IMG/VR virus record: IMGVR_UViG_3300000553_000004
Location: 1-64,000 of that record
Length of the DNA stretch: 64,000 nucleotides
Direction: 5' to 3' (one strand)
The notes beneath the pieces were generated by a model that was not told the DNA's origin, did no database searches, and saw only the letters and a list, made by a program, of their open reading frames with translations. The translations under genes were made by a program, and so were the position numbers. The first letter of the stretch is position 1. Every line of letters starts with the position of its first letter. Positions 36,125 to 46,365 of this stretch are shown piece after piece.

Positions 36125-38826
36125 TTCATTTGTGGGATGATATGGCGGGATATCGGACGTTCCCATATGAAAAGTATGCTTATAAACGTCATCCAGGCGG
36201 CAACTTCAAATCTCTTTATGGAGATGAATTAGTCAGAGTTGTAAATTATAATGATAAAGACTCTAATCTATTTGAGTCTGATGTTCCCGCTGACATGCGT
36301 GTATTATTAGATTATTATCCCGATTCAGACGAACCATCTACAGGAAATAAAATAGGCGTGATTGATATCGAAATATCTACCGAAGGTGGATTCTCTACTC
36401 CTGACTTGGCAGAACAGCCTATTACAAGTATATCTCTTTACGACTTTGTTACTAGAACGTGTTTCGTTTTTGTTATTGATAAAGAGAGTAAGGTAGAAAA
36501 GAACGAACTAGAAGTAGACCCTTGGTTGCCTTTGGAATGGAAGGTACAGAGTGAAGAAGAAAATAAAAAAATCAAAATCGTCACATTGCCTTATGATAAT
36601 GAAGATGATATGTTGATGAGTTTCATGGATAAATGGCAAGAATGTGCATTTACGATTGTGACAGGATGGAATGTCGACTTCTTCGATATGCCGTATCTAT
36701 ACAACCGCTTGAAGAAGTGTTTGACGGCCAAGGCAGCTAAATGTCTATCTCCGATTGGAGTTTGTTATCTAAATACCCATAGTAAAAAATTGACTATCGC
36801 CGGTGTATCCGTTATGGATTACATCTTATTGTATAAGAAATTCTTGGCTGGTAAAATGGAACCTACTTGGGCATTAGGGCCGATTGGAAAAAAGGTCGTC
36901 GGATTTGGTAAGGTTCAATACCACGGAAATCTAAATGATTTATACAAAACGGATATTAAAAAATTCTTAGAATACAACATTACAGACGTAAAGATTGTAG
37001 TCGCTATTGATGTTAAATTGAAGTTGATTGACCTCTATAGAACCATCTGTCACGTAGGTCATGTTCCATACGAGAGTTTCCATATGCCTGCGAGATATCT
37101 CGACGGCGCATCATTAATGTATCTCCATAGAAACGGCGTCATAGCTCCGAACAAACCGGCTGGTGGACGCGAGGAATATGAGGATAGTATGGAGGATGGT
37201 GAAGAAGGGTTCTCAGGGGCATTTGTTAAAGAACCTGTTCCTGGTAGATATGATTGGGTATTCGATTTGGATTTGACTTCCATGTATCCAAATATCATCA
37301 TTTCTTTAAATATTTCGCCTGAGACTAAGGTCGGTAAAATTATTAAAGCTGAATATAATGATGATTGTAAAGTTGAGAAACGTCGTGGCATCTTAAAAGA
37401 AATCGATGAAATGAAGACGGAGATGAAAGACCGTCTTTGGTCAAGTGAAGATGGTAAGGAAGAATATATTCAACGTCGTTGTCGTGAATTTGATATGGAG
37501 TATCATGTTCGTGAGAAATTGGAAAACTATCATCTTGGAACGACTGAATATAAGAAGGATGAGTTTAGGAATTTAATTAAAGATGCCAATTACTCTCTTA
37601 GTTCTAACGGCGTTCTTTATCGTAGAGATAAGCCCGGAGTTGTACCGACGTTGTTGCAATTATGGTTCCAACAACGTAAGGATATGAGAAAGAAGGCGTC
37701 AGAGTTTAGAAAAGCTGGAAATGTCGAAAAGTATAATTTCTATAATCAACGTCAACAAGTTCAAAAGATTTTGTTGAATTCATTCTACGGTGTATTGGGA
37801 CTTCCGATATTTCGATTCTACGATGTAGATAACGCCGAGGCTGTAACCATGTCCGGCGTCGATATCATTCAGACCACATCCAAAGCCATCAACATTTATT
37901 ACAAGAATGCGTTGGAAGTTGAGACTGGTGACTGGGTAATCTACAGTGATACCGACTCTTGTTTCGTCGATGCCGTTCCGATTATCAAAAAGAGATTTCC
38001 TGATTTGGATTTCAATAATGACGATGAAATGACAAAGGCAATTATGAGTGTCACCACGGAAGTACAGACCTACGTTAATAAATTCTATGACATTATGGCA
38101 AAGAGATTCTTTAATCTTGATGCTCATACATTTGATGCCAAACAGGAAGTTATTAGTAAGTCGTCCTTTTGGTTGGCTAAGAAACGGTATGCTCAGTGGA
38201 TTATTCACAAAGAAGGACATCTATTAGAAAAACCGGAATTAGAAGTAAAGGGTATTGACGTTGTTAGAACTTCATTCCCAATGGCATTTCGTAAATTCAT
38301 GGATTTATTTCTAAGAAAGTTATTAACTTCCGCCCCAAAATCGGAAATAGATGCAATGATTTTAAAAGTAAAGGAAGAAGTTAAAACTTTGCCTGTTCTT
38401 GAAATAGCGAAAAATACATCGGTGAAATTTGTAAGTCAAGACGGAACTAAAAATTATAATCCGGAAAGTAGAAGACCATTACACTTTGAAAGTAAAACTC
38501 CCGCCCAAGCCAAAGCGGCATTGGCCTATAATGATTTAATTGTTAAGATGGGATTAGAAAAAACATGTGAACCAATCTATCATGGAAGTAAAATTAAATG
38601 GGTATATCTTCAAGACAATGGATATGGACTCGATGCTATCGCTATGAAAGGTGATGGTAATGACGCAGACGAATTATTAAAATTCATAGATACTCACGTC
38701 GATAGAAAGAAAATGTTTGAAAATGAACTCAAGAGTAAGTTATCTGACTTCTACGATGTTTTGAGATGGGCATTCCCCAACCCATCCGTCGCAACGGCTT
38801 CAAACTTTTTTGATTTTGGTGGATGA
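36085..38826 (+). CDS. polB: family B DNA polymerase with 3'-5' exonuclease (T4 gp43-like)
   Basis: DIE, GWNVDFFD, YNITD; DLTSMYP, KILLNSFYG, YSDTDS, KKRY, KGID. Confidence 0.96.
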   Translation: MYQNIYISRKDNIVHLWDDMAGYRTFPYEKYAYKRHPGGNFKSLYGDELVRVVNYNDKDSNLFESDVPADMRVLLDYYPDSDEPSTGNKIGVIDIEISTEGGFSTPDLAEQPITSISLYDFVTRTCFVFVIDKESKVEKNELEVDPWLPLEWKVQSEEENKKIKIVTLPYDNEDDMLMSFMDKWQECAFTIVTGWNVDFFDMPYLYNRLKKCLTAKAAKCLSPIGVCYLNTHSKKLTIAGVSVMDYILLYKKFLAGKMEPTWALGPIGKKVVGFGKVQYHGNLNDLYKTDIKKFLEYNITDVKIVVAIDVKLKLIDLYRTICHVGHVPYESFHMPARYLDGASLMYLHRNGVIAPNKPAGGREEYEDSMEDGEEGFSGAFVKEPVPGRYDWVFDLDLTSMYPNIIISLNISPETKVGKIIKAEYNDDCKVEKRRGILKEIDEMKTEMKDRLWSSEDGKEEYIQRRCREFDMEYHVREKLENYHLGTTEYKKDEFRNLIKDANYSLSSNGVLYRRDKPGVVPTLLQLWFQQRKDMRKKASEFRKAGNVEKYNFYNQRQQVQKILLNSFYGVLGLPIFRFYDVDNAEAVTMSGVDIIQTTSKAINIYYKNALEVETGDWVIYSDTDSCFVDAVPIIKKRFPDLDFNNDDEMTKAIMSVTTEVQTYVNKFYDIMAKRFFNLDAHTFDAKQEVISKSSFWLAKKRYAQWIIHKEGHLLEKPELEVKGIDVVRTSFPMAFRKFMDLFLRKLLTSAPKSEIDAMILKVKEEVKTLPVLEIAKNTSVKFVSQDGTKNYNPESRRPLHFESKTPAQAKAALAYNDLIVKMGLEKTCEPIYHGSKIKWVYLQDNGYGLDAIAMKGDGNDADELLKFIDTHVDRKKMFENELKSKLSDFYDVLRWAFPNPSVATASNFFDFGG

Positions 38827-38897
38827 TAATATCTATATATCCGTTGTAGAAATGTATAAAGTTGCCCAATTGTAATAGTTCGATATAATTCATACTT

Positions 38898-39140
38898 ATG
38901 AAATCCAAAGAGACGACATTCACCATAACTTGTACAATGAAAACTCGTTGGGTTCCACATTTCCTCAGTATGTTAAAATATATGCAACAATTGGGTAATC
39001 TTGGTGGTTCTAGAAAAGTAGCATTATATTCAGATGGTGATGGAGATTTCAGACCAAAATTTCAATGGGGCACAACTCTATCTGATGTTGCCGTTCCCAT
39101 AGAGGACAATCGAGGAAACCGATTGTATGACGCCGGATAA
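38898..39140 (+). CDS. hypothetical protein
   Basis: 80 aa; DGDGDFRP motif. Confidence 0.6.
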   Translation: MKSKETTFTITCTMKTRWVPHFLSMLKYMQQLGNLGGSRKVALYSDGDGDFRPKFQWGTTLSDVAVPIEDNRGNRLYDAG

Positions 39141-39151
39141 AAAACCAAATT

Positions 39152-39691
39152 ATGACACAAAAAAAGAAGGGTAAAGTATTTAACTTCAAAGACCAGATGC
39201 GCATAGGCGACATCGGAGAATCTGATTTTATTAAAATATACGAAAAACTGAAACCAGTTAAGAGTATAAAGGATAGAAAGATTGATTTTACTCTAAATAA
39301 TGGCAAAACCGTAGAATTAAAGACGGATAGTTATTCTATGGAAAAGACTATAAATTTCTTTATGGAAAAGAATACTATATTGCCTGATGCTAGGGAACTA
39401 TTAGGTGGCCCATGGCGTTCTCATGACCATAAGATAGATTATTTTGTATATTATTACATGAATGACAAAGTGTTTTTTTGGTTTGAACCTAAATCCCTTT
39501 GTAAATTTTTAGACAAGTATATAAAATCTAATAAGATTAAACCTATTTCAATTCCAAACCGAGACGGTAAGGGAAACATCTTTCGTTCATATGGATATAA
39601 AATTCCACGTGCGGATATAGTTGATGTCCTTTTACGAGAACATAAGATTGAGATAGATTATAAAATTGAAGAGAAGAAAAAAGAATCTTGA
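39152..39691 (+). CDS. PD-(D/E)XK-like nuclease
   Basis: GDIGE, IDF, VELKTD. Confidence 0.6.
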   Translation: MTQKKKGKVFNFKDQMRIGDIGESDFIKIYEKLKPVKSIKDRKIDFTLNNGKTVELKTDSYSMEKTINFFMEKNTILPDARELLGGPWRSHDHKIDYFVYYYMNDKVFFWFEPKSLCKFLDKYIKSNKIKPISIPNRDGKGNIFRSYGYKIPRADIVDVLLREHKIEIDYKIEEKKKES

Positions 39692-39724
39692 CTTTTTACA
39701 TGATGGGGTAGATAATACCTTATT

Positions 39725-40285
39725 ATGGCAGATGAAATTCAACCAGTTCAAAGTAGATTTAAAATTTCATATAAATCTATTTTCGACATTCCCGCCGACG
39801 CATACGTAAATACAATAAATTGTATTGGTGTGATGGGAGCCGGAATAGCTTTAGAATTTAAGAATCGTTACCCGAAGATGTATGGACATTATAAAAATCA
39901 ATGTTCCACACATGCAATTCGTCCTGGCGATTGTTACGCATATCATGAGAATGGGTTATATCTTCTTGGCCTTGCGGTAAAGGACGACTGGCGTCACTGG
40001 AGTACACTAGAATGGTTGGAATCATCAATCAAGTCACTTAAACTAGTTTTATTGGAAAATGATATCAAATCTGTCAATCTTCCTTTGCCGGGTGGAAAAA
40101 ATGGAAGACGTGGGCCTTTCGGCAAAGTACCAGGATTTACTCCGCCACCTGAAAGGGAAGATATAAAAGTTCTCGTTGGAAAAGAATTAATACCATTCGC
40201 AGATAAATTCGGTATTGATATAACTCTCTGTTTACCGGATGAGGCTCCCAAAATAGCTCAGATGACATTGGAAAATTTCATGTGA
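39725..40285 (+). CDS. macrodomain (DarG/Poa1-like ADP-ribose hydrolase)
   Basis: DAYVNTINCIGVMGAGIALEFK.RYP; own TTGACT-17-GATAAT promoter. Confidence 0.85.
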   Translation: MADEIQPVQSRFKISYKSIFDIPADAYVNTINCIGVMGAGIALEFKNRYPKMYGHYKNQCSTHAIRPGDCYAYHENGLYLLGLAVKDDWRHWSTLEWLESSIKSLKLVLLENDIKSVNLPLPGGKNGRRGPFGKVPGFTPPPEREDIKVLVGKELIPFADKFGIDITLCLPDEAPKIAQMTLENFM

Positions 40286-40358
40286 GTGACTTTTAAAATA
40301 AATAGACAAGATATACGTGGTGTGATATAGTTCATAAACAATTAACAAATACAAAAAT

Positions 40359-41111
40359 ATGGAAAAGAAAAAAATCGAAACATTTATAAAAAAGTACAAT
40401 TTAGGTGGAACTATTAACTCCGTCATTTGGACTAATGACAAAGAAGACTTAACGGTAACTGCTATTACGTCTGATAAAAAATTATTCGCCTCTGTCCAAT
40501 TAGAAAAGGGCGCCGTCGGATTTATTGATGGAGTAGAAGTCGGAGTTCTCACCACGGAACAACTTAAAAAGATGTTGACTCCATTGGAAGATAATATTTC
40601 TTTGACATTGGATGTAGATGAAAACGATAAAACGAGAGTTCGACAAATCCTACTCGGTGACACTAAGATTGATTCCAACTACGTGACATCAGAGCCGACC
40701 GCTATTGATGGAGTCCCTTCGATGAAATCAATTCCGCCGTTTGAAGTTGAGATTGTACTTGATGAAACATTTATCACGGCATTTAATAAATCATTCTCGG
40801 CATTGGGTGATGATGGAACCCTTTTTACACTCATCATGAGTAATAAGAAGAAGACATTGCAATTGGTTTTGGGATATAAACAAAATCTATCAAATCGTAT
40901 CGCCATCGATGTCACGACGGTCGCCGGTAAAGATTCTGTAAAGAATCCAATCAGCTTCACGGCTAAAAGTTTAAAGGAAATTCTCTCCGCAAATGGTGAA
41001 GTTGAAAATCCTGTATTAAAGGTGTCAGAAGCTGGATTGGCTAGCATTTCTTACAATAAAGATGGATTCAAGAGTCAATATTACTTGGTAAAAGTTGATG
41101 TTGAAGATTAA
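40359..41111 (+). CDS. DNA polymerase sliding clamp (gp45-like)
   Basis: 250 aa beta-rich, directly upstream of clamp loader; FIKKYNLGG N-terminus. Confidence 0.75.
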   Translation: MEKKKIETFIKKYNLGGTINSVIWTNDKEDLTVTAITSDKKLFASVQLEKGAVGFIDGVEVGVLTTEQLKKMLTPLEDNISLTLDVDENDKTRVRQILLGDTKIDSNYVTSEPTAIDGVPSMKSIPPFEVEIVLDETFITAFNKSFSALGDDGTLFTLIMSNKKKTLQLVLGYKQNLSNRIAIDVTTVAGKDSVKNPISFTAKSLKEILSANGEVENPVLKVSEAGLASISYNKDGFKSQYYLVKVDVED

Positions 41112-41150
41112 TAATTTGTTCGACGGTAAACACACACAAAAAAGGAAAAC

Positions 41151-41315
41151 ATGAGTAATACAAATAAAGTATATGGTCTGTTCTATAAAGACCACGGAAA
41201 TTGGAGAACGGCTAATAATAACGTTTATACGTTACAAACCGCCCGTTCTACTAAGACAAAAGTCGCTAAGACTTTGAAGAGCCGTGTAATTATTCGCAGA
41301 GTTATATTCGCCTAA
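41151..41315 (+). CDS. small basic protein (54 aa)
   Basis: AAGGA RBS, MSNTNKVYGLFYK...; not in ORF track. Confidence 0.55.
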   Translation: MSNTNKVYGLFYKDHGNWRTANNNVYTLQTARSTKTKVAKTLKSRVIIRRVIFA

Positions 41316-41329
41316 TAAAAAGAAACGAT

Positions 41330-42310
41330 ATGGACTTCATTGAAGAGAGCAGAAAACCAAAGAAAGACCATTCACTGTGGGTAGAAAGGTATAGACCTTC
41401 CACTATGGACAGGTATATTGGTAATGATAGTGTAAAGGAGACATTTTCGCAGTTCATAAAGAAAGGCGATATCCCCCACGTTCTTCTGTTCGGCCCCGCC
41501 GGTACAGGTAAAACTTCGTTGGCAAAACTTTTAACAAAGAACATTAACTGTGATGTGATGTATATAAACGCATCCGACCAGAATAGTGTTGACGATGTTA
41601 GAGTTAAGATGAAGAATTACGCCTGTTCGGCGGGCTTCAAACCATTAAAAGTAATCATTCTCGATGAGGCTGATAGATTGTCACCTGAGGCGCAAGGCGC
41701 TTTAAGAAATATGACAGAAACCTATTCCGCCCATACGAGATTCATTTTAACGTGTAATTACGTGGAAAAAATTATAGCTCCATTGTCTTCAAGGATGCAG
41801 ACGTTTGAAATAAAGCCGGTATCAAAGAAGGATGTGGCATTAAGGTTGGTAGAGATTTTACAGATTGAAAAGGTATCATTCACACAGGAAGATGTCATTT
41901 TCATTGTAAATACATACTATCCTGATATAAGAAAGGTAATCAACTTTGCCCAACAATCATCGATAGAAACTACTGATGATGAAGGCAATGTATCATTGAA
42001 AATTAAGATTTCCAAAGAAAATGCAGTAGAGACTGATATGTTGAATCGACTTACCGATTTGTTAAAAACTCCACAGAAAGCCGGAGTATTTGATGAGATT
42101 CGACAACTCACTACGGAATTCGATTCATCATCGTTGGAAACGGTCGTTCATCATCTTTTCGAGAAGGTAGACGATTATGCTAAAGGTAAGGAAGCATTAA
42201 TTATATATGAATTAGGTGAACTTAACTGGCAAATGCAGCTAGTTATACCAAAGGTCAGGGACATAACGTTTCTGGCGTGTATTTACAAAATACTCAAACA
42301 TTTAAAATAA
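41330..42310 (+). CDS. clamp loader large subunit (RFC/gp44-like AAA+)
   Basis: WVERYRP, GPAGTGKT, INASD, LDEAD, LTCNY. Confidence 0.93.
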   Translation: MDFIEESRKPKKDHSLWVERYRPSTMDRYIGNDSVKETFSQFIKKGDIPHVLLFGPAGTGKTSLAKLLTKNINCDVMYINASDQNSVDDVRVKMKNYACSAGFKPLKVIILDEADRLSPEAQGALRNMTETYSAHTRFILTCNYVEKIIAPLSSRMQTFEIKPVSKKDVALRLVEILQIEKVSFTQEDVIFIVNTYYPDIRKVINFAQQSSIETTDDEGNVSLKIKISKENAVETDMLNRLTDLLKTPQKAGVFDEIRQLTTEFDSSSLETVVHHLFEKVDDYAKGKEALIIYELGELNWQMQLVIPKVRDITFLACIYKILKHLK

Positions 42311-42320
42311 GAAAACAATT

Positions 42321-42569
42321 ATGGAACTACCAAAAAGAATGCCGGAAAAGATGGAACATCGTAGAATTCTCGGAGAATTTTATGATATCAACAAAAACAA
42401 ACAATGGTTCAATAGAGCCGAACTCGTTGAATTACACCCAAGTCACATGAAGCCTACGATTGAAATTTATTGTGATTATAATCCAGTCTTGGAGATGAAA
42501 GAAATTCTTCAATTCGCCGGTAATTATAATATCGCCATCGAAGTCTTGGCTCGGTCACATCAGGGTTAA
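42321..42569 (+). CDS. hypothetical protein
   Basis: 82 aa ORF. Confidence 0.55.
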   Translation: MELPKRMPEKMEHRRILGEFYDINKNKQWFNRAELVELHPSHMKPTIEIYCDYNPVLEMKEILQFAGNYNIAIEVLARSHQG

Positions 42570-42577
42570 GTTAAAAT

Positions 42578-43117
42578 ATGACTAATTTGTTACATAAGAC
42601 TAGAGTCTATTTGGTTGGTCAGATGCAATATATGGACGGGTCTTCGTGGAGAGATACGGTATCAAAATCATTAAGTGATATTGGTGTTGTAGTATTTAAT
42701 CCATATAACCATCCATTTGTTAATTCTACCAAGGAAGATAATGATGCTAGAACGAAGCTTGGTCAATTAATTAAAGATAAAAATTACGATGAGGTTACTG
42801 ATGTTGTTAAGAAAATCAGAGCCGAAGATTTACGATGTGTAGATTTATGTGATTTTATCTTTTGTTATATAAATCCAAAATATAATACTTGCGGGACGTG
42901 GGAAGAGTTATTTTGGGCTAACAGAATGAAAAAGCCAATATTCCTATGTATTGAGGGCGGGAAAGATGCATGTCCGTTATGGATGTATGGTGTTTTACCT
43001 CATAAATACATTTACTCATCGATAGATGATGCCTTGACGGTCATACATGATATAAATCTAGGTAATAAAGTGTTAGATTCTGATAGATGGAGACTTTTGC
43101 GAGAAGAGTTTCGTTAA
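42578..43117 (+). CDS. nucleoside 2-deoxyribosyltransferase-like protein
   Basis: VYLVG, FNP, EDL..V..CD, GTWEEL..A. Confidence 0.75.
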   Translation: MTNLLHKTRVYLVGQMQYMDGSSWRDTVSKSLSDIGVVVFNPYNHPFVNSTKEDNDARTKLGQLIKDKNYDEVTDVVKKIRAEDLRCVDLCDFIFCYINPKYNTCGTWEELFWANRMKKPIFLCIEGGKDACPLWMYGVLPHKYIYSSIDDALTVIHDINLGNKVLDSDRWRLLREEFR

Positions 43118-43123
43118 TTACAC

Positions 43124-43154
43124 AAAACCGACATTAAACGATGTCGGTTTTTTT
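43124..43154 (+). terminator. intrinsic terminator
   Basis: AAAACCGACAT / ATGTCGGTTTT + T-tract. Confidence 0.8.
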
Positions 43155-43200
43155 CTGCATCTGTATAAGGTTTCTTTTGTTTATCCACTATTTATACGGT

Positions 43201-43902
43201 ATGGCAAAAGAAACAATCATAGAAAATAGTTTTGAGGGTGGCCCTGGCGGTGGCGGCAGTATGAATTATGGTGGTTCCTATGGAACTCCTAATAGTAGTA
43301 CCCAAGACATGTCTAAGTTTTCTTCTTCCGATAAGACTACCAACCATATGGCGTCTAATACGGAATCAACGTCATCTGCTATGATGCAACCGCCTGACCG
43401 TCCTGATAGAATCGGTAGAAATTCAAATACTGTGAGTAATACACCGGACACAGGAACGACGGTAAAACTAACCAAACCCAACACCATCAGTCCTGATACG
43501 GCCTATGATGTCCAGAAGTCTCAGAAACCGTTAGACCCTGAGAAACAACTTGACCCACAAGTCGACCAGATTTTTAAAAAGAAACAAACTCCTTCTCCTG
43601 ATGAGATTATGTCTGCTCTTCAATATGAATTGGGTAATATGGTTAAAAAAGATAAATTTATAGCGAAACAAACGGTTCTCAATAATATGAAGACCGACCC
43701 ACATTATTATAGTAGGCTTGATATGTTAAACATTGATGATAAAAAAATGAAAATACCGGAAACAGTAAATGAAGACACATTCTCAAAAACTAAAGCAGTT
43801 CTTGATGAAATGATAGCCAATAAAAAGAAATCGGTGTGTATAGCCGAAACTCCTGAGATAAATAAAATATTTAAAGATTTATACAATAGACGACGTGGTT
43901 AA
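43201..43902 (+). CDS. hypothetical, probable virion-internal protein
   Basis: Start MAKETIIE at 43201, 4 nt after CTATTTATA; low complexity. Confidence 0.65.
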   Translation: MAKETIIENSFEGGPGGGGSMNYGGSYGTPNSSTQDMSKFSSSDKTTNHMASNTESTSSAMMQPPDRPDRIGRNSNTVSNTPDTGTTVKLTKPNTISPDTAYDVQKSQKPLDPEKQLDPQVDQIFKKKQTPSPDEIMSALQYELGNMVKKDKFIAKQTVLNNMKTDPHYYSRLDMLNIDDKKMKIPETVNEDTFSKTKAVLDEMIANKKKSVCIAETPEINKIFKDLYNRRRG

Positions 43903-43910
43903 TTTGATAT

Positions 43911-44549
43911 ATGAAGATTAAATCTTTAATACCAACCGCGATGTTGGAGAATTTAGTTCCTTATGATAAAAGTAAGGATACCACCGTAGTTGATACGAAG
44001 GGTGATTATAAAATCTATGCTAGAGGTATAGATGATTCCGGTTCTGTAAAGAAATATGATAATTTAGAAGATGTTGTTAGATTTCTTAAACCTAGAGATA
44101 GTGGTCCAGAATATAGGAGAAATGGCGGATTACAAGATGAATATACTCAATATGCATTTGAAGGATTCGATTGGTCTGATATATTAGATGGGCCGCCTGC
44201 CGACCATAATACAAAATATAAGATTCATTTGAGGGATTTGCCTTTAAAGTTGAACTGGGTCCATAAAAAAATGGATTATAGTGATAAATGGGACCCCAAG
44301 AGTACGCCCGATAGCGGGCCTTATACTGATATGTGGAGTGGATACGAGGGAGGGGATTCTGGATACGATTATACCGGTCAGATATATAGAATTAAATACG
44401 ATGGAGGATACCAAGTTCAAGGAGGCGGGCCAAATGGATTATATGCTAAATATAACACCGTCAAGACATTGGAAGATGCTAAAAAACAGGCCGTAGAACT
44501 AACTTTAGCTTACAGAAAACTTCTAAAAGACAAATACGGCGGCCGGTAA
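43911..44549 (+). CDS. hypothetical, probable virion-internal protein
   Basis: MKIKSLIPTAMLE leader. Confidence 0.6.
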   Translation: MKIKSLIPTAMLENLVPYDKSKDTTVVDTKGDYKIYARGIDDSGSVKKYDNLEDVVRFLKPRDSGPEYRRNGGLQDEYTQYAFEGFDWSDILDGPPADHNTKYKIHLRDLPLKLNWVHKKMDYSDKWDPKSTPDSGPYTDMWSGYEGGDSGYDYTGQIYRIKYDGGYQVQGGGPNGLYAKYNTVKTLEDAKKQAVELTLAYRKLLKDKYGGR

Positions 44550-44593
44550 TAAGAAAAAGGGCGATTACCAGTTTAATCGAATATTTATATGTT

Positions 44594-46354
44594 ATGAACT
44601 ATTATCGAGATTTCTTCAAAAATAAAAAGGCTACTGCGAAAGATATTCAAAATCTTCTTCCAGAAGGCGTTACCAACGTAGAATTTAAAAGAGCTATTCT
44701 CATCGAGAATCGAATGACCAACGATATATTTATCGCCGCTAAGATTGCAAGTCGCAATTTAAACGAAGATGTAAACTATTATAAGAAACTATACGAAGAA
44801 TTCGGCGCCGAAGAGGAATCGATAGAAGGAGACATTGAAACTCCGGAATCCGAAGTAGACGTTGCAGATGAATATGATGACAATGATGGACTTCCAAAAA
44901 TGGGTGGCGCTTTAGCAGTTCCTCATCTCGGACAGCCAATCATGATGGGTAAGATTATTCAAGTTGGTGGTATCGGCGGAGGCCCAGCCTCAGGCGAACA
45001 ATCCGGTATGACGGCAGTTCAATCTCCTGGAGATAAAGAACCAGTAACCGCAGGTGGAAAGAAAGTCGATAGTTCTCTCGCATCTAAAACTGTTGGTGGT
45101 GAAGTTGTAGCCGGTGAAGGACAGAAACAAGGTGGATTAAATACTAAAGGAACGATATCTTCTACTAGTAAATTGGCAGAAGGTAAAAAGAGAATCGGTA
45201 AAATCGTAAAAGAAGTATTGAAAGAAATTAAATTTAATAAAGAAACTGGTAAATGGACAAAAATTAATGAAGACGTCAACATGAAAATGGGAGCTTCCTA
45301 CAAGAAAGTTCAGCCAAGAATGTATGATGTCCAGTCGGACGACAGAGCCAGAACAAATCAGTATGAACCAGAAATTACTGAAATGTATGACGAAGAAGAA
45401 GTAACAAAGATGAATGAACGTTATGTTGAATTGGCAAACGAACATCGTAATTTGAATGAATCTGAATTATCAGAAATGAAGACTCTTCGTGAAAAAATCG
45501 ATAGACTTTCTGAAAACAATTGGATTCAAAAAGCAGTGAAACATCCAGGCCGTTGCGCTCACATGGGTAGTCCTGAATGTCCGAAGGGAAGTCCTCAGTA
45601 TAATTTGGCAAAAAGATTTAAAAAGGGAGATATTCACAAAGCCAATGTAAGTGAAGATGGAGAACGAAGTGACCACGAAATAGCTTCCACCGAAACGAAT
45701 CCAAACGATTACGAAAAGTGTGATGGTTGTGGAAAACAAAATTATATGTGTGATTGTCCATCCAAACATGGAGAAGAAGAATATATGGGCCATGATGGGT
45801 TTGGTAAAGAACAGAACGAAAATGAAATGGAACATCCTGATGACGCACGTGAAAGACATCAATTTCAACGTGGTATTGATAGAACCAACCGTAGGAATCC
45901 TCAGAGATATGAATGTCCTACCTGTAAGACTCCGAATGCTTTGAGTCATGACCAGAAACAAAAGGGATATCAATGTAATCGATGCGCCGACTCAGAAGAA
46001 GGGGCATTCCAAGAAAACGTGGACATGAAGATGGGTCCATCTTACAAAACCGTTCAAGATAGAATGTATGACGTTCAATCCGATGACAGAGCCAGAACAA
46101 ATCAATACAATCCTAAATTAAGCGAAGTCGGTGGGGGTGCAACTCAAGATAGTTCTTATAGAACAATTAAAAATGGAAATTTACCACAAGACCCAAAAAC
46201 TCGTCATAAAGGCGACGTGGATGAAGGTAAGGTAAGTAAAGTTTCAAAAACTATATCTAAGGGTCAGAAGCCAAAATCTTCAATGCATGCCCAAAATCTT
46301 AAACATCAGAAGCCAAAAAAGACTTCTAGTGGTGTTCACAAAAGAAAATCTTAA
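44594..46354 (+). CDS. low-complexity multi-segment protein with two Cys clusters and a 34 aa repeat
   Basis: 586 aa; ATATTTATA 4 nt before ATG; many LxE/IxE motifs. Confidence 0.7.
   Translation: MNYYRDFFKNKKATAKDIQNLLPEGVTNVEFKRAILIENRMTNDIFIAAKIASRNLNEDVNYYKKLYEEFGAEEESIEGDIETPESEVDVADEYDDNDGLPKMGGALAVPHLGQPIMMGKIIQVGGIGGGPASGEQSGMTAVQSPGDKEPVTAGGKKVDSSLASKTVGGEVVAGEGQKQGGLNTKGTISSTSKLAEGKKRIGKIVKEVLKEIKFNKETGKWTKINEDVNMKMGASYKKVQPRMYDVQSDDRARTNQYEPEITEMYDEEEVTKMNERYVELANEHRNLNESELSEMKTLREKIDRLSENNWIQKAVKHPGRCAHMGSPECPKGSPQYNLAKRFKKGDIHKANVSEDGERSDHEIASTETNPNDYEKCDGCGKQNYMCDCPSKHGEEEYMGHDGFGKEQNENEMEHPDDARERHQFQRGIDRTNRRNPQRYECPTCKTPNALSHDQKQKGYQCNRCADSEEGAFQENVDMKMGPSYKTVQDRMYDVQSDDRARTNQYNPKLSEVGGGATQDSSYRTIKNGNLPQDPKTRHKGDVDEGKVSKVSKTISKGQKPKSSMHAQNLKHQKPKKTSSGVHKRKS
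45269..46114 (+). repeat. two copies of a 102-nt coding repeat (45269-45370, 46013-46114)
   Basis: EDVNMKMGASYKKVQPRMYDVQSDDRARTNQYEP vs ENVDMKMGPSYKTVQDRMYDVQSDDRARTNQYNP. Confidence 0.9.
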
Positions 46355-46365
46355 GCATTTTCAAT

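Noticed and set aside
7371-42310. Inteins or introns in helicase, RNR, polymerase, clamp loader
   Set aside because: Lengths are normal, motifs contiguous, no C...HN-C/S/T intein borders
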